This document shows positions 12,888 to 25,500 of a DNA stretch of 64,000 bases, one piece after another (positions within the stretch are counted from its first letter, which is position 1; every line of letters begins with the position of its first letter). A program made the translations under genes and the position numbers. This DNA comes from Amphiscolops sp. MND2022 (lineage: Eukaryota), in the NCBI GenBank assembly GCA_964187785.1, contig OZ076413.1:54374001-54438000 (forward strand). Direction: 5' to 3'. The notes under the pieces are model-generated. The model was not told where the DNA came from, made no database searches, and worked only from the letters and a program-made list of their open reading frames with translations.

Positions 12888-13699
12888 AAACTGTTTAAAC
12901 AAATCCAGCTCTGAAACAAAGATTTTTTTTCGCATGCGAACGAACAAGATAGGAACGTCTGAAATTAACGAGCCGCTACAGTAACTTTTGAAAAATCAGA
13001 GCCTAAAAACGCCCTTTTTTGGCTCAAAGATTCGTGTTTGAACAAAATTGCCAAAAACACCAGTGGAGACCTTTTGGCAAGATGAAAAAAATCCTTGAAA
13101 AAGTCCCACAGCACAAAAAGGGGACCTTCGAACTTAGAACTTTCAGCACTTGCCAGCACTTCGTAGTCATTAGTTCGGAAGGTTGTGAGAGAATGACTTT
13201 TCAGAGGAATTATTTATCATTTTCCAAAAAATACAACTGCGAGCATCCGGCATATTTCTATTCAGATTGCGCAGACTAAAATTTAACAAAGGTGATTTTG
13301 GATATTCATTGTTCTGTTTTTTTTTCAATCACCAAGTAAGGCTCTGGTATACTGCTCCATAGACTTCACGGCGCCCAGTAGTTTTTCTCGTAACGTCTCA
13401 TCTGACCGAATTATTTTTTATCACGTTTCCGGCGTCGATGTAAGTTGATTGGTTCACTGACTTGATGCTTGTTATTATCCGCCCATATTCGATATGGGAA
13501 AGGAAAATATTTTAATCAAACGGGTTTTTTTTACAACATTTGCCCTGAAACAAATTTACATTCGAATTAAAGGGTATCACCCATAGAATTCAACTCACAT
13601 AAAATTGGCTCCGTGCGAAATTTTATTGTAGATATTTTTGGACTTTTTTCTTTGAACCCAAGGACCCCAGAATGATCCAAAATTGGCCCCAAAAATGGC

Positions 13700-14860
13700 A
13701 AAAACTGCAAAAAATTAACGAATTTTTAACGTTTTCATGCAATTTTTGTCAAATTTTCAATCGATTTCGTGGCTTAGTGTTGAAATCGTTCAGAAGTGAA
13801 ACAAACATTCCGTTGTTGAAAAAAATGCCTCGAATTGAGAGATTTTCAGAATCGGTCCACGCTTTTTCCAGTGAGACCTCACTATTCTCCGCAGCAAAAA
13901 TATTCTCCACAAAATTTTTTTAAAGCAATTTTTGTCAAAGATTAGATAGACTTGGTGGCTTAGAATGTTAAAAACGTTCAACAAGGGAAGAATTCGTTGT
14001 TCAGTAGGATTCTTCGAAGTAAAAACGCCGATTTTTAATAGAAGAATGCCTCACATTGAGATCTAAACTAACAAAAACACGGAAAACTTCCGATTTCTTT
14101 TTACAATTTTATGCAATAATTTTATGTCATATTTTCGATAATCTTGGTAGATGAAAAAGTATTAAACGTCATGTCAGGAAACATTTATTGTCCGGAAAGC
14201 TTCTTTGAAATAAAAAAGCCAATTTTTATTCGAAAAATGCCTCGCATAGGGACCGAAATAACCAAAAGTAACAAAAATTTCAGATGTTCTACAATTTAAT
14301 GCATTTTTGTCAAATATTCGAGAGACTTCATGGTTAACAATAATGAAACGTTCGCCAGGCAAGAACTTGTTTTTCAGTAGACTTTTAGAATGAGATAATT
14401 GCAGTTTTGTATGAAAAAACATCTGAAACTGGCATCGAAAGTACGAAAACACCACGTTCTACTGGTTTTCATAATTTTTCATGCACTTTTTGTCAAATTT
14501 CCGGCAAACTTCGAGGATTAGAATGATGAAAAGTATCAACAAGGAAAGCGTTTGTTCTGCCGTAGTCTTTTCTGAAAAGTTAATTGCAGTTTTCATTATG
14601 AAAAATATCTCAAACTGACACCGAAACGGACAAAAAATCGAAAAATTTCCTCAATTTTCGAAGTTTTCATGCGATTTTTGTCAACTTTTCGCCAGACTTC
14701 GTGATGAAAAGCGTCAATAAGAAAAGAATTTGTTGTGAAAAGGCTTGGTGGAGAAATAATTACTTTTTCAAATCTCGAATTACACCGAAAAAAAAACATA
14801 AATCCAAAATTTCCAGATTTCCACATTTTTTATACAATTTTTGTAGAACTTTTGATAAAC
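13700..14860. repeat. Diverged tandem array with ~185-190-bp period (about 6 units)
   Basis: A recurring TGCA(A/C)TTTTTGTCAAA...TGAAAA-type motif near 13740, 13925, 14110, 14300, 14480 and 14670. Confidence 0.55.
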
Positions 14861-14950
14861 ATCGTGGACGAGGTTGCTGAAACTGTCAACCAAAGGAAGA
14901 TGTCGTCGTGCAGTAGGGTTTTGTTGGGAGACATATACAGTGTATGGTAG

Positions 14951-15338
14951 AACAAGACGGGAACGTCCCAAGTCGGCGCCATATCTTAGGCTCAAAAATA
15001 TTCAAGGAACAACTATTGTAAAAATTTGGAAAAAAAAATTTTTCAAAAAAATTATTTTTGAAATTTTTTTTCGAAAAAAAATTATTTTTTAAGTCGCAAA
15101 ATGCCGAAAAAAATCCAAAGGGGGGACCCTTTGGGCACGTCCGGTTGTGTATGTTTCCTTGAAAAAGTAAAAACTGGGACCCTTTGGAGTAAAGTTTGCC
15201 TTCTGCGCAGAATTGCAGAATTGTAAGAAAAGTGGACCACTCAGAGTGAGATTGTCAACTGAAAAAAACAAAAAAAAAAAAACTACTCACTGTAAGAGTC
15301 GGGCTTTTTTCCTTAAGGGAAAAGGCGCCGACTAAAAA
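14951..15338 (+). mobile_element. DINE-1/HINE-like dispersed repeat copy
   Basis: Starts AACAAGACGGGAACGTCCCAAGTCGGCGCC; ends AGTCGGGC...GGCGCCGACT (subterminal inverted repeat plus hairpin). Confidence 0.5.
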
Positions 15339-15440
15339 GGCTTTAAATTGACCAAGGAAGTTTCGAAAAACCACAATTTCCAAGTCAAGTTGTTTCATAC
15401 CATTTCTGTACAATTTCAGAGAATTTTTATGAGAAAGAAG

Positions 15441-16770
15441 TTACCAAAGTTTCGAAAATGGAAGAACGAGCTGTGCCAAACGCCGTTTTGAAGAGAACCT
15501 GGCAGTGTTTTGCTTCAAGACTTCAGAATGTCTACAAATGTGTCGAAAAATTTCAACAACTTCACGCTTATCAGCAATTTGTGTACACTTTTTGAAATAG
15601 TTTGGAGTCAGAAAAATGAAAAGGTTCAACAACGTTTACACAACTTTTCCAATAGGCTTTTTGAAGATATATTTGGGGACTTCAGTTGAAAAACACTTCA
15701 AAAAAGACAACAAATTTCGAAAGTATTTTCGGTAGATATTTACAATTCCAGTGATTTTTTAATTGCGATTAGAAAATTTTAGCGTAACAAATGCATCAAA
15801 AAAGAATCGATACTTCAACTAGGTTCACAGCACAGGGAAATTGTACTCTTTATGATGGCAAATTAGGTCGGAATGACCTAACGTATGCGAAAATGTTTGA
15901 GAAATTTTCAAGTTTTTGACTACTTTTAGGCAGTTTTCATTCAACTTTCTGGGAGTGTCATTGCGTTCAATCGTTTGTAAACACAGTAATTCCGGTGTCC
16001 AAGAGGAGTTTTCGAAGATATAACAGCAACTTCTTCTAAGAGTTGGCTTCAAAATCACACCGAAATCGTAAAACAGGTTTTCTGATAAACTAATCCTAAT
16101 TTTTGTTCAATCCACAAACGTTTCCATGGACTTGAACCTTGAAACAATAGGGTATTCGAAACTCACTTTGGAAGAAAGTTCCTCCGATTTGACAACTAAG
16201 GAGTCAAAAGTTTCAAAATTGCTTTTTTCGACCACATAGTTTCAATTCAAGGAGCCCCAAGGAGAAACACTGTCGATGTAGTGCGTCTTTCAAAGGAAAA
16301 GGCTTTTGGAGTTTCCCACGTAGGAAAAAGTCCTCAGAATGACACAAAATTCAGTAAAATTTCAAGGTTTTTATGCAGTTTGTTTGTAAGCATTCTGAGC
16401 TCTTCCGTGGGTTGGAATGGTGTAAACATTCAACAACAACTGAATTCGGTATCCAGTAGGATCGTTTAGAAGAGGTATATGTAGTTTCTCGGTGGAAAAT
16501 CTCGTCAGATTAACTCCAAAGTTGTCAACAAACCAAAATTTTCCACTTTCTGACATTTTTGGTGACGTTATGTGCAAAAATAACAAGTCAGGACCGGCAC
16601 AATTCGGCGCCCCGCTCAAGTTTCCTAAATTTGCTATGGTCAATTTTTCAATTTTTAAACCAACTTCTTTGTTCCAAAATTCCCCCAAGAAATGCGTGTG
16701 AGACTCGAAAACCATTTTTTTAAACTGAAAACACGGAAAAATCCAATTTATTGAGAATATCATTTTCATC
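15441..16770 (-). pseudogene. Possible decayed hAT transposase fragment
   Basis: C-terminal NTARFSSKRRLAQLVL resembles the hAT dimerisation motif RxRLSxxxLxxLV; the upstream frames are broken. Confidence 0.3.
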
Positions 16771-19398
16771 TCGGAAAAGTCATATGGTGCCGAAAAACGT
16801 TTCAGCGCTCAAAACTTCTTTATACCAAGCTATTTTAGCTATGAACTCGTGGGGGTACCCTTCGACCAAACGAAAGTTTTGGAAAGACGCACAGAGCCAA
16901 AAAAGTTGAGAAAAAGTATTTTCAACAAACCTCAAGAAAATTCATTAGTTCCACAGGATCAAAAAGTAACAAAGAAGTCAACCTCAAATCTCGGGAAAAA
17001 TAGTTCCTTCCCGGAAATCCTCAAAACACCAAAAATTGAATTAACCAAGAAATCCGCGTTAACCACTAGGCCAAGTGGCAGTGTGGAGTTACCTTAAAAG
17101 TTGAACTTTTGGTAGAACTTTTTCGGAAAGATCACGTGTATCGAAAGAATACTGACGAAAAGTCATGACTATAGTCGCTCTTCTCTAAAAAAACCGCTGA
17201 CTAAAATTTGGTGTGTTAGGTATTGGTATGAACATAGTTCATTATAAAACTATTAGGTACTAGGCGTCTTTATAAATTAGGAGTTTCCTTTAAAAATGGG
17301 CAAACTTGAATCAAAGTTTTTTTCCTTCGAACTTTTTTGCATTTTTTTGTGCATTGGCTACTCTTGAGCCTCAAATTTATGTCTTTGTGGAACATTTTCA
17401 GCTGAAAAATATCTCGCTGGTCAGCGGGGGTCTTGTTTTGTAGGTCAGCAGGTGTCGGTACTGAGACTTTTAATGACCTTTCTTTCAGTCTTCGAATCGT
17501 AAAAAAAAGTTTTTTTTGGAAATCATTGAAAAAAGGTATTTACTTTCCGTGATTCATAAGTCAGTACAATTTTTGTGACTATGATTTTGTTTGTGCTGAG
17601 CTCACTTTATCAATTGTTGAAGGTTTTGAATCCGGCCACGCCAGCCAAATGAAAACTTTTTGTAGAGTGTTGCATGCATTGCATTTTGAGACAGGGTTGT
17701 TTCAGATCTTTCTCTTTTCCAAACTGCCATGGAATATTTAATATCTTAATAATCTGGAAATCTTGCATGAGTGCTTCATGAGGGAATTGCTTGAAAAGTC
17801 CTTTGACGGGCTCTACATTGTACAGATCACAACTCGAAAGAAACGCTACGCTCTTCAATTTGGTTTTGATAAAAAGTGCTTTAAACACTCATCTTTGTGC
17901 GCTTCCATTTTTTTAGTCGGCGCATTTCATCAGAAAATGGAAAATATGCCCAACTAGTACAATGGCAAGTTTTTTGTCAGATGACAATCTCACACTGAAA
18001 AGTCTATTTGTACAAAACTCGACGTCCTTGGCTAAGCACGTTTTATTCGAACTTTTGACGTTCGAATACGCATCCGATTTATGCATGATAATGATTGAAT
18101 ACCAGACTATTTTGACTTGCCTTTTTTCAACAGTGTTGTGATAGAGATCATTTTACTGCATTTTGCACTAATTCATCCCAGGGGGCTAAGGTAGTTCGAA
18201 TCACTTTCTTACTATTCTGATCCGATCGGAAAGGATAAGATTCCGCTCTGGGACTCACGAAAGCATCAGTTTCACAAAACAAACGAACTTTCGCTACCTC
18301 TGCAGGGCTTATGGAAAACCTAGTTTCCACAAGAAGCCGTCTTGTACAATGAGACAAGCCCAAAATGACTCGATAATACAAGACCATTTCAAAAAATTGT
18401 TCTAGTATCACTTTTCTAATTTTGGAAAGAATCGATCTTGAAAAATAGAAAATATTGGTAAGATTTTGAAGATCCATGGCAACCAATTATTGCCAGCTTT
18501 TGGCAAAATATTATTGCAATGTTGTCAGTATGTTAGAACGAGGGTCAACCCTGGCTCAAAAACAGCTGAAAGGTTTTAATCCAGCCGCAAAGCTGCTAAA
18601 AGTTGAAACATTGTTATTCTGTCAGATATAACCCGGATAATACACAAATCATACACACAATGCTCTTTTCTACTCAGATTGGGAAGTAAATCTGCTGATT
18701 GCCTACTCTTTCAGACATGGAATTGTGTTAACAACATGTAGAAAGACTATCATAAATTCAAGTTGTTGTTTTTCAAGCCAAGTTTTTCTTACATCAGAAC
18801 ATGTTCAAGAACGTTTTGTTGAAGGGTTTTGAGTTCAACCAAAGAAAATACTGGGCCGATAGTGACTAGGGGGTCTTGAGTCATCGTATTTCAACAACCG
18901 GTTGAAGTCTCCCGGGGGAGGTGCGATGTTGCTTCCAGATGCATCCGAAATGTGGAACCTTTCAACCCAGGGCACAGTTTCCGAGTGTTTCCGCGTCTGT
19001 AGGGGTGGGAACCCCAAAAGATGGGTCTGATTGTCGCCAGGGATGTTTCGAAGAAAAATGTAATGTCCTCAAAAATCATCATTCTCGAATCAAAATTTTC
19101 CAGTTCAAATTTCTATCTTTAAGATCAGTTTGATGGCATTTTTTTTCTGAGTTTCAGAAACATGAAATACTGAATCTGCAAAAATTTTAAGTATCTATCA
19201 CCATTTTAGACTACTATTGCTTTTGAAAACTTTTTACGTGATCGTTTTGAAATATGGAAGGCGAAATATCATTTGATTCAAACTTTTTGAAATTTTCAGC
19301 TCAATGGTATTTAAATTACAACAATGTTCATTTTTCAACCATCTAAGGAGTTCACTCATCATAATTGAAATTTCAACCCGTTATCTTTCCTTTGAACT

Positions 19399-19592
19399 TC
19401 AACATCCCTGGTTGTCACTGCCGATAATGCCAATAGGCGAGGGCCCTCTAGCGAGCACTGGGATCACTGGGAGGTAATGCTTCTCCTGGTTGGCTAGCTT
19501 CTTGATGCTCGACTTGCTGGTGTTGCCAGAGTCGTCTGCCTGGTCTGGATTGTCTGTTCCTTGACCCGAGGTCAAATCTGGATCACTTTCAC
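19399..19592 (-). CDS. Neto: Neto-like terminal exon (cytoplasmic tail, ends DNQGC*)
   Basis: Acceptor TGTAG|GT in phase 1 matches the exon 10 donor ACAG|GTGAAG. Confidence 0.6.
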
Positions 19593-22500
19593 CTACACAC
19601 AGTGACGTCATAATGTTGGAAAGTCATTGTTCAGTACTAACTACTAATCAACAAAAACATCGAAAATACTTTCAGCTACCCTTTTTCTTCTAATACAAGG
19701 CATGTATTGAATTTCGCACAAGGTTGCAAATTTTGTATTAAAATGGGGGGGTGTCATGCATTCCAGAATTGAATAAAGTTGTTCGAAGGTTTTAATTTTA
19801 TCAACAATTTCAGTTCAAAAATATTCCAATTTTACAGGCTTTTTTTATAAAAACGAGTAAAAAAATCCAAGATACTAACAAATTTTAGTTAGTTGGCTTA
19901 GCTCATACTTCCACGTGGGACGGTCTTTTTGCGTATGAAAAAATTAACCTCTTCTAAACGAGGAGGTCTCGTGTCTTTCATTGGAGCGAGCGACAAAAAT
20001 TGCGAGGATGTCTTCCATTGGAGGCATGCCTTGTAGTAAGAAAAACATGGTATCGACATACCAACAGATGAATCAACAATCGAGAACCCAAAAATAACAT
20101 TTTTGTCTGTCAAAATTATGTTGGGCTCTACTGTTGTATTCTAAGATACAAACTGGCTTGAGGTCGTTGTTTCGATTGGTTTTCTTCAATTTACAGCCTA
20201 AAATTTCAGCTTTAAAAAGCGTATCTTTAAACTGTGCTTCAAAATGACGTGATAGCTGTTTCTTGATACTTCAATGCTAGGTTGTATAGCCGAACGAGCT
20301 TCAAGGCGAAAGACTTTAAAACCGAAAATCAACAGCTGACATTTACAGATTACGTGAGCATAATTTGGAGTGGTGAGCAGAATTGGAAATGGATGTGATC
20401 GGAAAGCAGCAACGTGGCTTTGGTATTTGTTTGTATAACTATTGTTTATTTCGCCATCAGATCAGATTTGAGATCTACTTTATCTTCGTTTTTCTAAAGC
20501 TCGTTCAATTATGTGGACGGCTGCATTATACTTCACCTGTTAAAGTGATGAGCATATTTTGAAGACCCTCCGCAGCTATGTTGCCCATATGCATGATCGC
20601 TTCTGCTTCTTTTGATCTCAGATTTGCAATCTTAAAAAACGAAAACAATTCAATTCAATAAACTTTCCGAAAAAGGTACACCTGACGTCAATACTGATCT
20701 GCGAAGTAGCTGCGAATGGACCTGGCACTTCTTCTGAAATCCAATCCCCAAACTGCAAATGTTCCATGAATGTTTCCCCGGGTTTCCCTCCCATACAAAA
20801 ACAGGTCAATCATACTCTGCCATCATACTCGCAGTATGATTCCAGGCTAATCATACTCTGGACCATAAAGGTTTATGGTTCCAGTCTGACCATACTCTGG
20901 ACACATATGCTCCAGTCTATGATACGCCATGTTCCATAAAAAAAAGCAGAGTTCATGGTTCCAGCCTGACCAGTTTTCTGGGCCAAATATGGTTCAGCCT
21001 ATGATCAGCCTGGAACCATAAACCTTTATGACCCAGAGTATGGTCAGCCTGGAGCCATAAAAAGAAAACTAGGATAATGTAGTCAATTAACGCATACACT
21101 GATGAAATTACGAGATATTCCTCAACCAAAGGTCCAATACAATCACCAAATTGAAACCAAGGTAGCAATCATCAATTTTTGGCAGCTTTTGCAGAATTAT
21201 TGGTAATTTTTCACGAATTATTCGAAAATCACACTGCAAAGTGGGTACTGCTATAACAAAAGAGTTAGTTATTAATTAAGGAGTGGCTGAAAACAAATTG
21301 AGTGACTATAGTTTGTCTTTCCCTTCGCTTAGAGCTTAATGGAGTTCTGAACTGCAATGTATGGGTCGCAGATACAAAAGGTCGAATGTGGCTCTGTTGC
21401 CCCCAGTTTATTAAGCTGGCTGTTCCCAATATTTGAAAATTTTTGTTTGGGTTGCATGTCACGTCAACCCGCGTTTGGAACAAAAATGTGTGATTCCAGG
21501 CTGATCATACTCTGGACCATATATGATTCCAGGCCGATGCTACTCTGGACCATATATGATTCCACGCCGATCATGGCAAGATCATAGTAAAGAAATTTGT
21601 ACGATTTGTAAAGAAAAGAAAGTGCAACTTAGCCATAATCCACCTGAATTTGAATTATGCAAAGACTGAACGCTTGTACAGTCGTTGGACAAAATAGTTG
21701 TCCGGTTTCGAAAAAAAATCAGATTGCTTCAAGTGTATTTCTTCTCAATTTTATTGTTTTTCGGTGGAAGTCGTGAACGAAACTTACCCAGATTTGAAAC
21801 ACTGATATGAAAAACGTTTTTGTTTACTTCGACACTTTCCAACAACAGAATTTCTTTTCGGAAAAAATGGGATGGTTTATGTTTTCAGTACAAACAAGTT
21901 TTGCGTCAAAAAGAAACAGTTACCGACAGAAAGCTGAGAAATTGTCATTCGCCCCTTTACACAAGCAGGATCCTTTCTTTTAAACCCCCACCTATTTAAT
22001 TCCGTAAGTGGCCAGAGTGGTCGAGTGGAAGTATCATTGAATTAATAGTAACAACCAATCAAATTGCAGTATCTTTTAACTTTAACTGCAGCTAACGTTC
22101 ATCGCTGGTAGTGGTGGGAAATTAGAATTTTCGCGCTTACTGTGGGGGGATTAACAGAAAAGAACCCACAAGGTTTTTAAAAAGTACGCATCGCTGAGAT
22201 TTCGGATTGTATCCCCAAAACCAGTTACCGCATTATTAAAGAATTCCAAGAAATGTGCATTGTGAGAAAAAACTAAAGAAAAATACCCACCCTATGCAGA
22301 ATTCGGAGCAGTTTGCAGAAATATTTTACGCATATCCCCAAGAAAACGTCAAAAATTTGTATGATGGGCAACCCCGACGAATGAAAGAAACAGTTCGCAT
22401 GAAAGGCCATTTGTCGAAGTATTAACAAGCGAAAAAATGTTTGAATTCAGTTCTGTTGAGGTTACTTTACTCAATCCAAATCTGCGCAGATCCGCAGGAA

Positions 22501-25500
22501 TTTTGCAGAACTTTGCAGATATGTGTAGATTGGAAAAAGACTTACATATTCAGAAACACAATAAAACCCCCACAGCGATGTCAAACGATTAATATAAATG
22601 TTTAAAACTGGAGATAAATTTCATTTATGTCAAAATGATGAGACCTTTTTCTGTAGCAATCTGTACAGATCTGTGAAGATTACAGGTCTTTACAGATCTT
22701 CACAGAGCCAAACAATGACCAATAAATTACTATAACGTATTCCAAGTTACGAGCAATTACTCCAACAAACCATGTTCCGGAAATATTACAACAAAACTTT
22801 ATCAACACATCTACCCAGAAGGTTGCCACATGTCGAATTTTATCTGTCAAAACGAAGTCAATGTGGCAAAGTTTCAACAATCACTTCTGGAAAGTTCAAA
22901 GGAAATTGATAAATTACGGCGTATAACCAATACCGCACATTCTCCCGTCACCAAAAATACCGTGATGGGGACAAATTTTCTTTCTCGAGAATTTTGAGTG
23001 ATGGAGAGTTTCAACTGACTGACCTTTGGTCAGCTAAAATATTCGATAAAGTAGTTGAAGAAGTCCAAAAATGCAGTATATTGGTTCCTTAGAAGCTGCA
23101 GAAAAACATATTTCTGCAGAAATCTTTAAAGAAAATCTGCACACTTTTATAAAGATTCTGCAGATCTGTATGGTTCTTCAAGATTCAGTGCAACGATCTT
23201 TGCAGAACTCTGCAGAAATAATCTTGCAGATCTGCACAGATTTGCAAAGGTCGAAAACCTGGGTATTATGTCCAATGGCTGTATCAACTTACTTTGTGAG
23301 TGAGTGATACCCAAAACATGGTGACGACCCCACAGGCTGCCATTAGAACACCCCCTATTGCTGCGAACAGGTACAGAGACGAAGTTTGGGTGATGCGCTA
23401 AACATTACGTGAAGAAATTTTGCCGAAAATTCATTCAATGTTGCCCTCTTTTTAGTAACGTGTTGAGCTGATAAAAATCATTTAAAATACAAATTACCTA
23501 AACAAATTTTTGAATCTCACTGTTAGAACTAAAAACCTTCTTAAATCAGATACTCGCAAGTTTTGTATTTTTTAAGACCAACGTGTAGTGTCAATAGAAA
23601 CGAAAAAAAAACAAGTTGGTTTCAATCCATTTTTCGAATTTCAGTTGTTTTTTTTTGGAAAAGCTTTCATGTTTTTGGAATCGAACATTGACGAAAATTG
23701 GTAAGTGCTAGAAAACTACGGGCTAGATTCTCCAGGGCAGATTTTACATTTTCACTAAATTAACTAGTTTTTGTGATTCTTAACATAAGTGCTAGCGGTA
23801 AAAAACTGGAAATTATGGTGTATATTCTAAGTTTTTTTTTGAGAATTGGTTTTTGCGTCATTTTTGTTCCAGGTATTCGTTATTAGTTGCAAACCTTGCC
23901 GATGTTTTTTTCACAATGTTTAACTAACTGCTGAATCATTCTGGTCAAAGCACTGGAGTTTTCGGAACGCAGTGTTGCAGTACTGACCCTTGTCGAACCT
24001 CTCTTGGCAGTTTTTTGTTCGGTTCACACAAAAAGTACCAGAAAGGCATTCGTATTCGCCCTGAAATGATATGGTGGATGCAGAGTCTAAAATTCAGAGC
24101 CCAAAAAGTCAATCATGCTATCATAATGACGACAGTGCGTACATGATACATAAATAGCATTGATCACTTGAAAGTATCAAGTAAACTGCTTTAGTCTCAA
24201 ACATCCATCATGTTTTGAGAGTCCAAAAATGTCGAGCGATGTATTTCAGGCACTAAACAACTATGTGAGTAGATACTGAAAGACTAGCATACTGAAATAT
24301 TCGCTATGGAGAGATGAATAACGTCAATACTAAGCGTCAATATGGGAGGCGGAAATTTCGTCGCCAAAAATGTCGTCGTCAGAAATTTCGTCGTAGGAAA
24401 TTTCGTCATCGGAAATTACGTTATGTAAAACGTCGCATTTAAATTCCTTCAAATTATCTGGAACAAATCTCAGTGATTTGGAATCGTAAAAGTCTCAAAC
24501 AAAACTACTGAGAAAAAACCATGTATCTTGAATCCATGAGACTCTATCACCTAAACAATCGACATAAAAAACCATAATTACAGACATCAACACAGACAGA
24601 AGCAAATGATATGGGAGAAAAATTCATAACGGCGAGCAGGAAACATCAAAATAGAAATTAAAACGAAAGGAAAATCCAACACAGGCCCGGCAATGAAAGA
24701 TTGATACAGATATTCCAAAGTTTCAACAAGAATAGGTATCAAAAGGTATTCTACAATGGAGACGCGTTCTTCTGTGCAAAAGAGCCATTCCCTTCCCTAG
24801 CCCACCATAGGTCTTTCTATCCTAAATTTTTCTCCAATTTTTTAAAATCTTGTTCGAATTTAAACTTTCACGCCTGAAGTTGTAAGAGCCGTTACCGGAC
24901 AAAACAGCCCCGGTCAAAAGCGCCTAAAATACTGTCAAAAGTGCCCATGCAACCAAAGGCTACATGGGATTTACTGACCCGTTTCCGCCACCAACTTTAA
25001 GTTCCTCACTGCAATTGAATAATTATGAGTTTTTCATTTTAAAACAGTGTGTTGACTGATTGCTTCTATTAGAAATTAATATTATGAAATGAGCTACAAT
25101 TTTAGCGAGGCGCTTTGTATTGGAGCAATACAAAAAAGTTCAACTTCAAAGTCGGCTCAATTTGTGATATAATAAAAAGCAATTCTTTTCTGTTAACCCA
25201 GTCATTGGTTGTGCAAATACATGCAAGGAAAAGCTACTCCTGGAAACGAATCCTGATCTCATTTTGCATACTCTGAATAATTTCTACACCGATGAATGTA
25301 TACAAATTTAACACTTACCGGGCCACAGAATGAAGCAACGCGGGCTATTGTGTACCAAAATTTGAACACTCCTGTTTTGCCGGGCCTCGACACGTAATGT
25401 AGATACAGTTTGTCATCTTTTGTCTGCAAAAACATTTGTATTTATCAGGGTTTTTGAAAATGACTGTTTAAGAAGACCGCGAAAGTTTTTAAGCAGGCAA

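Noticed and set aside
17600-18486. ORFs 17763-17957 (+) and 18148-18486 (-)
   Set aside because: No recognisable domain or convincing splice pair.
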